In this document: one piece after another, positions 9,509 to 19,186 of the stretch
Numbering within the stretch: position 1 is the first letter of the stretch
Layout: each line of letters opens with the position of its first letter
Program-made: the position numbers and the translations under genes
Assembly: GCA_963754755.1 (NCBI GenBank)
Contig: CAVWHF010000004.1
Span: 781,357 to 845,356, forward strand
From: an uncultured Acidimicrobiaceae bacterium
Lineage (GTDB): Bacteria; Actinomycetota; Acidimicrobiia; Acidimicrobiales; RAAP-2
DNA: 64,000 bases
Direction of reading: 5' to 3'
The notes under the pieces: generated by a model
Told to the model about the DNA's origin: nothing
Database searches by the model: none
The model's input: the letters and a program-made list of their open reading frames with translations, nothing else

Positions 9509-10438
9509 ATGACCACGGTGGCTGTCCATGAAGGACAGACGGGCCAGGGACTACTTCGCGGGTTGCAGGCCGCACTACCCGAAGTCACCGTGGTCGAGGC
9601 CGGGAGCCCTGAGGCAGACGCCGGGGCTGACGTCCTGGCCACATTGGCCGACGGGCCCGAGGCCATCGCCCGGGCACTCACGTCGCGGATCCGCTGGATC
9701 CACGTCCTCGGGGCGGGCATCGACGGTTTCCCGCTCGATCTCGTGGGGGACCGGGTCCTGACCGGTTCGAGGGGCGCGGCGGCGCCGGCCATCGCCGAGT
9801 TCGTCCTCGCCGGAATGCTGGCCTTCGAGAAGCACCTCCCCGAGTCCTGGATCGACAAACCGCCGCCCCGGTGGAACTCGGGCAGCCTGGGTGGGCTGGC
9901 AGGCCGGACGCTCGGCCTGGTCGGACTGGGCGCCATCGGGACGGAGGTGGCGAGGCGCGCACTCGCTTTCGATATGCACGTGGTCGGCATCCGCCGCAGT
10001 GCCAACCCGGCGCCACTGCCCTCCGTGGCCCTGTCGCCGGATCTGGCGTCCCTGCTGCGTGTGTCCGACCACGTCGTGGTGGCCGCACCGGCCACCACCA
10101 GGACCAACCATCTCTTCAACGACGACACCCTGCAGCACATCAAGCCGGGGGCCCACTTCGTTAATGTGGCGCGGGGATCCCTGGTCGACCAGGACGCCCT
10201 GATCCGGGCCCTCGACGACGGCCGCATCGCCCGGGCCTCGCTGGACGTGGTCGATCCAGAGCCGTTGCCCTCCGGGCATTCCCTGTTCGCCCATGAGCGG
10301 GTCCGGGTCTCGCCCCACATCTCCTGGTCGTCCCCCGACACCATCATGCGGACGTTGGAGATGTTCGCGGACAACCTCGTCCGCTACCGGGCCGGTCGAG
10401 CACTGCTGGGTGTGGTCAACCTGAAGGAAGGGTACTGA
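9509..10438 (+). CDS. D-isomer-specific 2-hydroxyacid dehydrogenase (NAD-binding)
   Basis: Lies within ORF 9479..10438. Motifs include GLVGLGAIGTEVARR (GxGxxG), NVARGSLVD, and the catalytic-region HISW. Confidence 0.85.
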   Translation: MTTVAVHEGQTGQGLLRGLQAALPEVTVVEAGSPEADAGADVLATLADGPEAIARALTSRIRWIHVLGAGIDGFPLDLVGDRVLTGSRGAAAPAIAEFVLAGMLAFEKHLPESWIDKPPPRWNSGSLGGLAGRTLGLVGLGAIGTEVARRALAFDMHVVGIRRSANPAPLPSVALSPDLASLLRVSDHVVVAAPATTRTNHLFNDDTLQHIKPGAHFVNVARGSLVDQDALIRALDDGRIARASLDVVDPEPLPSGHSLFAHERVRVSPHISWSSPDTIMRTLEMFADNLVRYRAGRALLGVVNLKEGY

Positions 10439-11288
10439 TGGGACCCGATGACCTGATCCTCTGCTCCGGAACGCTCCGGCGCGGGCTTCCCTTCGCCGAA
10501 CGCGTTGCCGCCGCATCTCCGCCGGCTTCGCCGCGGTGTCCCTGTGGGGACGGGACCACGCGGCAGCGCGTGCCGAGGGCCTCAGTGACGCCGACATGGT
10601 GGCCATGCTGGCCGCCCAGGGACTGGGGGTCGCCGAACTGGATCCGGCCTGGTGGTGGCTCCCGGGCGCTACGGACATCCACATCCCACCCCACCTGGAC
10701 AGCGAGGACATCTTCCGGTTCGGCGAGCGGGACCTGTTCGCCATGGCCGATACGCTCGGTGCCCGCTCGATCAACGCCGTCGACGTCTTCGGTGGCGAGT
10801 GGGATGTCGACGGGGCGGCAGAGGCCTTCGCCGGACTGTGCCGAAGGGCCGCCGAACACGACCTGCTCGTGCACATCGAGTGGCTTCCCTGGTCGAAGAT
10901 CCCGGACCTGGCCACTGCCCTACGCATCGTGCAGTTGGCCGGTCAGCCCAACGGAGGACTGAACATCGACGCCTGGCACCTGGTGCGGTCGGGGGTCGGG
11001 CTCGATGAGCTCGGGGCGGTGCCCGGCCCGCTCATTCTGGGCATCCAGCTGGACGACGGGCCCCTCGACCCCGAGCCCGACCTCGTCGAGGCGACGCTGC
11101 ACGCCCGGGAGCTCCCCGGACAAGGCGGGTTCGACCTGACCGGCATGGTCCGGGCCCTGGGCCAGACCGGTACTAGGGCACCGATCGGCGTCGAGGTGTT
11201 CTCCGACGCGCTCCATCAGATCCCGCCGGAGGACGCCGCCCGAATGGCGGCGGAAGCCACCGTGGAGATCCTGAGGAGCGCCCGATGA
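10438..11288 (+). pseudogene. Sugar-phosphate isomerase/epimerase (xylose-isomerase-like TIM barrel), frame-disrupted as sequenced
   Basis: The N-terminus MGPDDLILCSGTLRRGLPFAERVAAA is in ORF 10438..10962. The remainder (AGFAAVSLWGRDH...IEWLPWS...NIDAWH) is in ORF 10536..11288. The shift is near 10518. The ATG shares a base with the upstream stop (TGATG). Confidence 0.7.
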
Positions 11289-11344
11289 TCACGGCCGTCT
11301 GATCGGCACACGGGCTCCGGCTCAGGCGGGGCCCGTGTGCCGCG

Positions 11345-11880
11345 TCACCAGACGTAGGGGATGAGTCGCTTCCGGCTCTGGGCATACTCCTGGTACCGGC
11401 CACCAGGTTCACCGGAGAGCGCACGTTCCTCCACGTTGATTCGGAAGATGAGCCCATACGCCACACCGGCGGTGAGAACCACGAGGAACCCCCAATTGTT
11501 GATGACCAATCCGAGGCCCACGACGGCCACCAGGATCCCGGCATAGCCGGGATCCTGATCACCCGGTAGGGACCGGTCGAGACGACCGGCTGATCGTCAC
11601 TTGTCTGGACGGTGAAAGTGAAGTAGCGACCAAAGGTTCGAAAGCTCCACAGCCGAAGACCGATCCCCATCCACAGAACCACCAGTCCGACCCATTCGGC
11701 GGCATCATGGGCGCTGATCGATGCCGAAGGGAAGGCCTTCTTGAGGAGTACGGCCCCGACCACACCGGTGAACGTGGAGATCCGAATGGCGATCCGACTT
11801 CCGTGATCTGCGGACCTCGCCTCCGGACGATGCTGCCGCGCCTGGCGAAGCTCGAAGGCCGCCCATCTCAATCCTCCCAT
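11345..11880 (-). pseudogene. Isoprenylcysteine carboxyl methyltransferase (ICMT/PEMT) family membrane protein, frame-disrupted as sequenced
   Basis: The N-terminal part is in ORF 11173..11880 (…TGPYRVIR). The C-terminal part PGYAGILVAVVGLGLV...RINVEERAL is in the frame of ORF 11345..11530. The shift is near 11553. Confidence 0.7.
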
Positions 11881-11970
11881 TGCCCTGCCCGACGGACGTC
11901 GGCACGGTCCGCGGTCCGGACGCAGCGCCGGGCTCGGCGGTGAGGTCGACCCGGCCCGTTCGGTCGGGGA

Positions 11971-12609
11971 TCAGGACGGATCCGTTCCTACCGTCGCCGC
12001 CAGTTGGTCGTGGTCCATGGTTGACCGCCCGGGGATCCGCTGACGGCGGGCCGAGCTCCGAAGATCGGACGTGGTCCGATCCATCCTCTCCGCCAGCGGT
12101 GGCGCACCCAGGCTGACCTCTTCGGACTCCAGTCGTTCACCCAGCTGTTCCCGCCACCCCACCTTGCTCGACGACCGCACCGATGGGAACAGCTCCTCTT
12201 CCTCCTCATCGACATGGTGCTCCACGCTCTCGATGAGGACGGTCATTTTTGCCACCCATTGGTCACTGGCGGGTTTCAGCCTCTCGATCTCATCGATCAG
12301 CGTCTTGGCCACGCGGTGTTCCTCGACGCCTTCGTCGACTTCTCGACCGATCTCGCCGGTACGGTCGTTCACGGCCCGATAGAACACCTTCTCCTCAGTC
12401 ACCATGTGGATCTGAAGTTCGTCAATGATCTTGGATGCCAACACGACTCTGTCTGCGTCTGCATCCGCTTGGTTGTATCGGGAAATCAGACCTCGCACCC
12501 GATTGTGGTCGGCAATGAGCAGGTCGATCACGTCCACGTCGGCTCCTAGCACATTCGACAGGACCCCCGGTGGGCCATGACCCGACCCACCTACCCGCGA
12601 ATGGGTCAT
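11971..12609 (-). CDS. Hemerythrin (HHE cation-binding) domain protein with Rho_N-like C-terminal tail
   Basis: Lies within ORF 11971..12669. Motifs include LIADHNRVRGL, EEKVFY, EEHRVAKTLI and HHVDEEEEELFP. The tail reads IPGRSTMDHDQLAATV. Confidence 0.75.
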   Translation of the reverse strand: MTHSRVGGSGHGPPGVLSNVLGADVDVIDLLIADHNRVRGLISRYNQADADADRVVLASKIIDELQIHMVTEEKVFYRAVNDRTGEIGREVDEGVEEHRVAKTLIDEIERLKPASDQWVAKMTVLIESVEHHVDEEEEELFPSVRSSSKVGWREQLGERLESEEVSLGAPPLAERMDRTTSDLRSSARRQRIPGRSTMDHDQLAATVGTDPS

Positions 12610-12746
12610 GCCAATCCTCCACCGGCGGTGCAGACTGTGGCCTTCTCCGACCCGACGCCGGCGGAACACGCGTCAATGGTCGGCGATGTTTGGCGGTTCG
12701 GCTCGGCTGGGTAGATGGGACACCCCATCAACGAAACGAGGAGCCG

Positions 12747-12911
12747 ATGTTAATTCTGCTGGCGTTGCTGCTGGTGTTGATCTTCGCTGGAGCCGGATTT
12801 GCGCTTCACATCCTGTGGGTGGCTGCCGTCGTTCTCTTCGTCGTCTGGCTCATCGGGGTCGCTCTGGGCCGTGGCGAGAGCGCCGGGAGCCATCGGTTCT
12901 ATCGGTGGTGA
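12747..12911 (+). CDS. Small hydrophobic membrane protein (two TM helices, about 54 aa)
   Basis: ATG at 12747 is preceded by ACGAGGAG. The sequence is MLILLALLLVLIFAGAGFALHILWVAAVVLFVVWLIGVALGRG... Confidence 0.55.
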   Translation: MLILLALLLVLIFAGAGFALHILWVAAVVLFVVWLIGVALGRGESAGSHRFYRW

Positions 12912-13063
12912 CAGGCGTCGACGCGGACCGCTCCGGCAGTGGGGGCTGGCGGGTGCGGTCCCGGGCCGGGGGTCATCCCTCGGCTCCCGGGCCTCCGTTG
13001 GGGCCCGCCGCCGAACTATCGAGACGGGCGGAGCGGGTCAGAGGTAGGAACAGGGCAACGGGC

Positions 13064-13462
13064 TCATCCGACCCGCTTCTCGGCGCCGGAAGCCGAAACT
13101 GACGGTTCGGTCGTAGTGATCCCATCCGGGGTCGACACCCCAACGGCCCCGACGTGGTCGCGAATCCTTGCCACCATGTCGTCGATCTCGTCCCAACCCA
13201 CCGCGGAGGTCCACTCCCCGCAGGAGCAGACGGATTGGATGTGATGGTCACCCACATCCATGCGAATCTCATGGTGCTTGGGAGGGGCGGGGGCCCGCTT
13301 CAGTTCGGACGAACTCGGGCCGGTTGGACCGGGGCCCGTAGACAGTTCATCCCGAGGTTGCCTGGGCAGACCGTTGACAACACGGAACTGGACGGCCAGT
13401 TCCGGATCGATAACGTCGAGCGCGTCGGCCGTCTCTTCCAGAATTAGGAACCGCTCACCCAT
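13064..13462 (-). CDS. Hypothetical protein
   Basis: Lies within ORF 13064..13549, with the likely start at MGERFLILEE. No recognisable domain. Confidence 0.4.
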   Translation of the reverse strand: MGERFLILEETADALDVIDPELAVQFRVVNGLPRQPRDELSTGPGPTGPSSSELKRAPAPPKHHEIRMDVGDHHIQSVCSCGEWTSAVGWDEIDDMVARIRDHVGAVGVSTPDGITTTEPSVSASGAEKRVG

Positions 13463-13567
13463 CGCGCTCACAGATGCCTCCTCGGCACACGTTCTACCGC
13501 CGCCCTGACCAGGCCCAACGAGCATACGGGGCCGATTCGCCGTCGACAAGGGGCGAGTGGACCTTCA

Positions 13568-14464
13568 CTACACGGCCGCGAACAGGTCTCCCCCGGCCTC
13601 GATCCGCTCGAGCACGAGATCAGAGGTGAAGCGGAGATCGGCCGGATCCCCGGAATGGGCGCAGGCGTCGACCTCGTCCCACGTGACCGGGGTGGAGACC
13701 GTGGGCTCCTCCCTGGCCCTCAACGAGTAGGCGGCCACCGTAGTCTTGGCCGGGTGGTTCTGGCTCCAGTCGATGAGGACCTTTCCGCCACGGAGGCTCT
13801 TCCGCATCTTCGACACCACCAGGTCGGGACGATCCTGTTCCAGCTGGACGGCGATCCGGTGCGCCCGGTCGCGGATCTTCTCCCACGTGGGGCGGCCGGT
13901 CAGTGGGACGTAGAGCTGGAGGCCCTTGGACCCACTGGTCTTGGGCCGGCAGCCGGAACGGCCCTCGTCCAGGTGGTCGGCCACCAGCTTGGCCACGGAG
14001 CAGCATTCGACGATGGACGCTCCCTCGCCCGGATCGAGGTCGAACACCATGTGATCAGGAGGGGCCGGGAGGACGCGCCTCCGGCCCACGTGCCAGAGCG
14101 GAACGTGCAATTCGATGGCGGCCAGGTTGGCCGTCCACACCAGGGTGGGGCGATCGCACACGACGGGGTGGTCGACCGGATCGCCGTCTGAAGTGGAAGG
14201 CACGGCCTTGTGGTGGACCCAGGAAGGAGCATGGTCAGGCAGGTGCTTCTCGAAGAAGTAGGCGTGGTCGATCCCGTTCGGATACCGCTTCATGGTCAGG
14301 GGCCGGTCGTGCAGGTGGGGCAGCATGACCGCGGCCACCCGGGCGTAGTAGTCGATCACCTGTCCCTTGGTGAATCCGGTGGCGGGAAAGAGAACCTTCT
14401 CCAGATTCGACAGCGTGAGCTCACGGCCGTCTACGGTCGTCCGCACGGAGCGCTCAGGGCTCAC
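13568..14464 (-). CDS. NHEJ polymerase/primase domain protein (LigD Pol domain)
   Basis: Pol-domain motifs are present: LTLSNLEKVLFP, MKRYPNGI, FDLDPGEG, KTSGSKGLQLYVPL, VLIDWSQN. The GTG at 14464 lies 8 nt upstream of the ligase stop. Confidence 0.85.
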   Translation of the reverse strand: MSPERSVRTTVDGRELTLSNLEKVLFPATGFTKGQVIDYYARVAAVMLPHLHDRPLTMKRYPNGIDHAYFFEKHLPDHAPSWVHHKAVPSTSDGDPVDHPVVCDRPTLVWTANLAAIELHVPLWHVGRRRVLPAPPDHMVFDLDPGEGASIVECCSVAKLVADHLDEGRSGCRPKTSGSKGLQLYVPLTGRPTWEKIRDRAHRIAVQLEQDRPDLVVSKMRKSLRGGKVLIDWSQNHPAKTTVAAYSLRAREEPTVSTPVTWDEVDACAHSGDPADLRFTSDLVLERIEAGGDLFAAV

Positions 14465-15902
14465 GGTGCACGTCGCTTGCCGTCTTGTCCGGTCGGAGGC
14501 CGCGCCACACCGGGTGCCGTAGGTGCCCGTCGGGGGTCCATTCGCCGTACCGCACTTCACCGACCAGCCTGGGAGTCACCCACGTGGCCACCTTCTGGAC
14601 CGCAGCGGGGAGAGGGCCGTCGAACGGGCTGGTGGCGCGCACCATCCGCTTGAGCTCGCCGGCCATCTCGGCCCGGGAGTGGTCGGAGAACCCGGTCCCG
14701 ACTTTGCCCACGAATGTCAACCTCCGGCGGTCGCTTGAGGGAATTCCGAGCAGTAGGGCGCCGAACTCGCCCTGGCGACTTCCGTTTCCCTCGGTGAAGC
14801 CACCGATCACCACCTCCTGCATGTGTTGGTTCTTCACCTTGATCCAGTCGCGACTGCGGTGGCCGGCTTGATAGGAGCTGCTGCGCCGCTTGGCCACCAC
14901 CCCTTCCATGCCCAGGTCGACCGCGGTCTGGAAGACGCGCTTCCCGGAGTCGGAAGTGAACGAAGGGGTAATCGCCCACCCCGACGCGGCGATGTCCAGG
15001 TGCTCCAAGGCGGCGCGTCGGTGGTCGTAATCGAGTCCGACCAGTGAGGTGCCGTTCAGGTGCAGGAGGTCGAAGATCACCAGACTGACCGGATGGGATG
15101 CGGTCGCCTTGCGGACTTTGGCCGGAGAAGTGGCATGCATCCGGTGTTGGAGTTGGGAGAATGAGGGCTTCCCGTCGGCACCGAGTACCACGAGTTCACC
15201 GTCGAACAACGCCTGGTGGGATCCCATCGCCTCACCGAAGGCTCGCAACTCGGGGAACGAACCGGTGACGTCCTTGTCATTGCGGCTCACTGCCCGCGGC
15301 CGGCCGCCGTCGATCCAGACCAGCACCCGCATGCCGTCCCATTTGAACTCGTAGGCCCAGTCACCGTCGTCCGGGGGCAGCCGGCCCGGCGTGGCCAGCA
15401 TCGGTTGCATCCGGGTGGGAAGAGGCTCAAATCCCTCTCGGGGCGGATCCATGCGGTGGATCATCCAGTTCGATCCCTTGGTGGGGAACAGGACGTAACG
15501 ACCCGTCGCCCGCTGACCGTGCAGTACGACCATGATTTCCCGAGGACGCCACTTCTCACAGTCGTAGTACCCGCGGTCCCAGATCGACACCTGGCCGGCA
15601 CCGTACTCACCCCTGGGGATGGTGCCGCTGAACTTCCCGTACTCCAGAGGATGGTCCTCGACCTGCACGGCCAGATGATTCTCGTCGGGGGTGACGGGGA
15701 GTCCTTTGGGAAGCGCCCATGAGGCGAGCACCCCGTCGTGCTCCAGGCGGAAGTCCCAGTGCAGGCTCGAGGCGTGGTGCTCCTGGATTACAAAGGTCGG
15801 CCTTCCACCCTCTCCCGCCGTGGTGGCATCGTCGGGAAGGGGCTCCGGCGTGCGGCCCGGCCGTCGCTTCTCCCGGTAGCTGGCCAGTGATCCCGCGGTC
15901 AC
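14454..15902 (-). CDS. ligD: LigD 3'-phosphoesterase + ATP-dependent DNA ligase domains
   Basis: 482-aa ORF. The PE domain reads FVIQEHHASSLHWDFRLE...WALPKG. The ligase motif I reads YEFKWDGMR, followed by an OB fold and EWTPDGHLRHPVWRGLRPDK. Confidence 0.9.
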   Translation of the reverse strand: MTAGSLASYREKRRPGRTPEPLPDDATTAGEGGRPTFVIQEHHASSLHWDFRLEHDGVLASWALPKGLPVTPDENHLAVQVEDHPLEYGKFSGTIPRGEYGAGQVSIWDRGYYDCEKWRPREIMVVLHGQRATGRYVLFPTKGSNWMIHRMDPPREGFEPLPTRMQPMLATPGRLPPDDGDWAYEFKWDGMRVLVWIDGGRPRAVSRNDKDVTGSFPELRAFGEAMGSHQALFDGELVVLGADGKPSFSQLQHRMHATSPAKVRKATASHPVSLVIFDLLHLNGTSLVGLDYDHRRAALEHLDIAASGWAITPSFTSDSGKRVFQTAVDLGMEGVVAKRRSSSYQAGHRSRDWIKVKNQHMQEVVIGGFTEGNGSRQGEFGALLLGIPSSDRRRLTFVGKVGTGFSDHSRAEMAGELKRMVRATSPFDGPLPAAVQKVATWVTPRLVGEVRYGEWTPDGHLRHPVWRGLRPDKTASDVHREP

Positions 15903-15996
15903 AGGTCATGTCTACCCCTCTTCACGACGGTCCACCCAATGGCCGCGACCACCGGGGCGGAGGGCGCCGTCCTCACGGCACCAGGCCGGCCCCGCC

Positions 15997-16335
15997 CTAC
16001 GAGGAGCGCAGCTGCCGAACGTCAGGAACGGCCCTGCGGACCTGCCGGAGTACCGGTCGGTCCAGCGCCCGGGCCACGATCGTCCCACTGGCGCATTCCT
16101 GACCGGCCGCAGCCCTATCGATGAGATTCCCCAGGTAGAGGGCCAGATTCAACAGGCCGAGCCGTGCGGAGCTCCCGCCGAAGGGAATCGGCTCAGTGGA
16201 GACATCCATGTCTCCCGCTTCCAGGACGGCCTGTCGGATGGCCCACATCTGGCCGATGGCGTCATCCAGCTCGGTGCCGGTCATCTCCATGTAGGCAGAA
16301 AGTCCCAGCTCAAGGGCCAGATCAGCCTGGGTCAT
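15997..16335 (-). CDS. Hypothetical protein, divergent from ku
   Basis: This is the distal 112 codons of ORF 15997..17121 (MTQADLALELGLSAYMEM...). The rest of that ORF is antisense to ku. The start could extend to 16407. Confidence 0.4.
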   Translation of the reverse strand: MTQADLALELGLSAYMEMTGTELDDAIGQMWAIRQAVLEAGDMDVSTEPIPFGGSSARLGLLNLALYLGNLIDRAAAGQECASGTIVARALDRPVLRQVRRAVPDVRQLRSS

Positions 16336-16476
16336 CCCCGTGGGCACCAGCACAGGCAGGCTCCGGAGCACGGCGGGGGCGAATTCGACGGTCTCAGGCT
16401 TGCTCACGAACCTCAGTGTGACAATGGGGTGTATCAGGGGTGGTGGATGGCCCCTGACCTGGGTAATGATAGGTCC

Positions 16477-17391
16477 ATGCCTAGAACCATTTGGAAGGGT
16501 GCCCTCAACTTCGGGCTGGTCAATGTCCCGGTCGGGCTCTATTCGGCCACCCAGGACAAGACGGTCCACTTCAATCAGTTCGAGGAGGGGACGTCGGACA
16601 GGATCCGCTACAAGAAGGTCAATGAGCGGACGGGCGTCGAGGTTCCGGCCGGAAGGATCGTCAAGGGATACGACCTGGGCGGCGGGGAGTACGTCCTGCT
16701 GACCGAGGAGGAGCTCGACGCGGCCGAGCCCGAGAAGTCCAAGCTGATCGAGATCACCGATTTTGTCGATCTCGATCAGATCGATCCGATCTTCTACCGG
16801 TCCACCTACTACCTGGCCCCCGAGGGAGAGGCCGCCAACAAGGCCTACGCCCTGCTTCGCCAGGTCATGCGCGAGGCCAACAAGGTGGCCATCGGGACGG
16901 TCGTGATGAGGAACAAGGAGTATCCGGTGGCCATCCGTCCGGACGACGATGTCCTGAAGCTCGAAACCATGTACTTCGCCGACGAGATCCGGTCGCCGAC
17001 CAAGGACCTTCCCGAGCTGCCCAGTGCGAACGAGGTGACCGACAGGGAGGTGCAGATGGCGAGCCTCCTCCTCGAATCGATGGAGAGCGACTGGGACCCG
17101 GACAAGTACCAGGACACCCACCGCCTTCAGCTCGAATCCATCATCGAGGCGAAGCGTCAGGGCAACGAGATCGTCACCGGGGTGGAGGCAGAACCGGCGT
17201 CGACCAAGGTGGTGGACCTCATGGAGGTCCTCAGCGCCAGCATCGACTCGGTCAAGGCCGGTAGAGGGCCGGCGAGGAAGCCCGCAGCTCGGACCGCCAC
17301 GAAGACCACCGCGGCCAAGAGACCGTCACCGATCAAGAAGGCCACAAAAGCGGCCAAGCCGAAGGCTCCGGCGCGTCGAAAGGCCTCGTAG
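16477..17391 (+). CDS. ku: Ku DNA-end-binding protein with Lys/Ala/Pro-rich C-terminal tail
   Basis: The canonical bacterial Ku N-terminus is present: MPRTIWKGALNFGLVNVPVGLYSAT. The tail reads KPAARTATKTTAAKRPSPIKKATKAAKPKAPARRK. Confidence 0.92.
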   Translation: MPRTIWKGALNFGLVNVPVGLYSATQDKTVHFNQFEEGTSDRIRYKKVNERTGVEVPAGRIVKGYDLGGGEYVLLTEEELDAAEPEKSKLIEITDFVDLDQIDPIFYRSTYYLAPEGEAANKAYALLRQVMREANKVAIGTVVMRNKEYPVAIRPDDDVLKLETMYFADEIRSPTKDLPELPSANEVTDREVQMASLLLESMESDWDPDKYQDTHRLQLESIIEAKRQGNEIVTGVEAEPASTKVVDLMEVLSASIDSVKAGRGPARKPAARTATKTTAAKRPSPIKKATKAAKPKAPARRKAS

Positions 17392-17397
17392 CCGGGA

Positions 17398-17592
17398 TCA
17401 GATGACGGGGGGCCGGCCCCGCCGGGGCAGGGGCGCCGCGCTCTTGGGCATACGTCCGGCTTCGGCGAGCGCCCGGCGGAGCAGCATCTCGATGTGGGCA
17501 TTGAGACTGCGGAACTCATCGGCCGCCCACCGGGCCAGGGCATCATGAACAGTGGGATCGATCCGCAGCAGTACCTGCTTGCGGTCACTCAC
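17398..17592 (-). CDS. Arc/MetJ-type ribbon-helix-helix DNA-binding protein
   Basis: 64-aa ORF with the RHH pattern [38 protein letters not shown]. Confidence 0.7.
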   Translation of the reverse strand: MSDRKQVLLRIDPTVHDALARWAADEFRSLNAHIEMLLRRALAEAGRMPKSAAPLPRRGRPPVI

Positions 17593-17595
17593 GGA

Positions 17596-18513
17596 TCACG
17601 AATACAGGGTGCCGGTGTTGACGACGGGTGAAGCCGGTTGGTCACTGCACAGTACGACCATCAGATTGCTCACCATCGCCGCTTTGCGCTCCTCGTCCAA
17701 GTTGACGATGTCTCGCTCCCGCAGCCGGTCGAGCGCCAGTTCGACCATCCCGACGGCGCCGTCGACGATGCGGGTGCGGGCCCCGACGATGGCGTTGGCC
17801 TGCTGGCGACGCAGCATGGCCTGGGCGACTTCCGACGCGTAGGCCAGATGGCTGATGCGCACCTCGACGATCTCCACCCCGGCGATGACCACGCGCTGGG
17901 CCATCTCCTCGGCGAGCTCGGCCGCCACGATGTCGGTGGAGCCCCGCAGGGACAGGCCGTCGCCGACGGGATCGTCGTAGGGATGGGTGGTGGCCACGTG
18001 CCGCAAGGCCGACTCGGCCTGGACCCGCACGAAATTGAGGTAGTCATCGACGGCGTATAGGGCCCGGGATGTGTCGGCAACCTGCCAGACGACGATGGAG
18101 GCGATCTCCACCGGATTGCCATCGGCGTCGTTGACCTTCAGGTGGCTGGTCTCGAAGTTCCTGACCCGGATGCTCACATTCCGCCTGTCGGTCAGGGGCA
18201 GGAGCCACGAAAGGCCGGTGCGACGCACGGTGCCGACATAGCTGCCGAAGAACCGCACCACCTTGGTCTGGCCGGGCTGGACGATCACCAGCGAGGCCAG
18301 GATGACCACAGCCACCAGGATGGGCACGACGATAAGGACCTTGGTCGACGTGTGGTCGATGAGGATGGCGGCGACGACGCAGGCGGCGATGAGGAGGACC
18401 CCGAACCAGCCATTGACGGCCCGCGCCGGCCGTTCGCGGATCTGGACACGGGTTCCCGAATGACCGACCGGAGTCGCCCCGGGATCGCCGTATGGCTCGG
18501 CCGACTGGCTCAT
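17596..18513 (-). CDS. SPFH/Band-7 (stomatin/prohibitin-like) membrane protein
   Basis: Lies within ORF 17596..18630. The start is MSQSAEPYG, followed by one TM helix and an SPFH core (VVRFFGSY...[31 protein letters not shown]...[10 protein letters not shown]). Confidence 0.85.
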   Translation of the reverse strand: MSQSAEPYGDPGATPVGHSGTRVQIRERPARAVNGWFGVLLIAACVVAAILIDHTSTKVLIVVPILVAVVILASLVIVQPGQTKVVRFFGSYVGTVRRTGLSWLLPLTDRRNVSIRVRNFETSHLKVNDADGNPVEIASIVVWQVADTSRALYAVDDYLNFVRVQAESALRHVATTHPYDDPVGDGLSLRGSTDIVAAELAEEMAQRVVIAGVEIVEVRISHLAYASEVAQAMLRRQQANAIVGARTRIVDGAVGMVELALDRLRERDIVNLDEERKAAMVSNLMVVLCSDQPASPVVNTGTLYS

Positions 18514-18648
18514 GATTCCTCCTGGGGAGAGCGTCCTAAACTGATATCTAATTGCTATCAGTTTACTCGTCGGAGCGCAAGGGGCCGGTGCCGTACTGAT
18601 CCGTCGGGCCCGGGACCATGGCGACCACACCCGTTCGGGGAGTCGGAT

Positions 18649-19086
18649 TCAGTCACCCATCAGATACTGCGGGCCCGGACCCATGGCCGCGGCCACGTCA
18701 TCGGGGTTGGCCAACGCACAGGTCCGGAGGGACAGGCAGCCGCAACCGATGCAGCTCGACAGGCCGCTCCGGAGCGCCTCGAGGAGGGAGATCCGCTGTT
18801 CGATGCGATCCTGCCAGCCGGCGGTGAGGCGTTCCCAGTCCCGACGGGTGGGAGCATGGTCGACCGGCAGCACCGCCAGGGCGGTGACGATCTCCTCCAG
18901 CGTCAGCCCCACCCGCTGGGCGATCCGGATGAATGCGAACCGCCTGAGAACGTCCCGGCGGAACCGTCGCTGGCCACTGGCGGTGCGTTCGGCGTGCACG
19001 AGCCCCTGCCGCTCGTAGAAGCGGATGGCCGAGGCGGCCAGACCGCTGCGCTCGGCCACCTCGCCGATGGTGAGCATGTTCTCCAT
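18649..19086 (-). CDS. soxR: MerR-family redox-sensing regulator SoxR
   Basis: The MerR HTH reads LTIGEVAERSGLAASAIRFYERQGL. The C-terminal [2Fe-2S] cysteine cluster reads CIGCGCLSLRTC. Confidence 0.9.
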   Translation of the reverse strand: MENMLTIGEVAERSGLAASAIRFYERQGLVHAERTASGQRRFRRDVLRRFAFIRIAQRVGLTLEEIVTALAVLPVDHAPTRRDWERLTAGWQDRIEQRISLLEALRSGLSSCIGCGCLSLRTCALANPDDVAAAMGPGPQYLMGD

Positions 19087-19110
19087 CCGGTAACCTCCCG
19101 AAACAATCCC

Positions 19111-19141
19111 TTGACTTAAACATTAGTTTAACTCTTACACT
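19111..19141 (+). promoter_or_regulatory. MerR/SoxR-type promoter: TTGACT, 19-bp spacer, TACACT, with an embedded 7-4-7 palindrome
   Basis: The -35 TTGACT is at 19111-19116 and the -10 TACACT at 19136-19141. The spacer is exactly 19 nt. The palindrome is CTTAAAC-ATTA-GTTTAAC at 19115-19132. This is an AT-rich island in GC-rich DNA between divergent soxR and the SDR gene. Confidence 0.7.
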
Positions 19142-19186
19142 CACCCCACAGGCGCACGGAGCGCCGCTGACACTGGAGGTGACGTC

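Noticed and set aside
9575-10927. 450-aa minus-strand ORF
   Set aside because: It is antisense to the 2-hydroxyacid dehydrogenase and sugar-phosphate isomerase genes. It is an off-frame artefact of high GC.
15997-17121. 374-aa minus-strand ORF read as one protein
   Set aside because: The proximal two-thirds is antisense to ku. Only the distal ~112 codons (15997..16335) lie in otherwise unassigned DNA and look coding.
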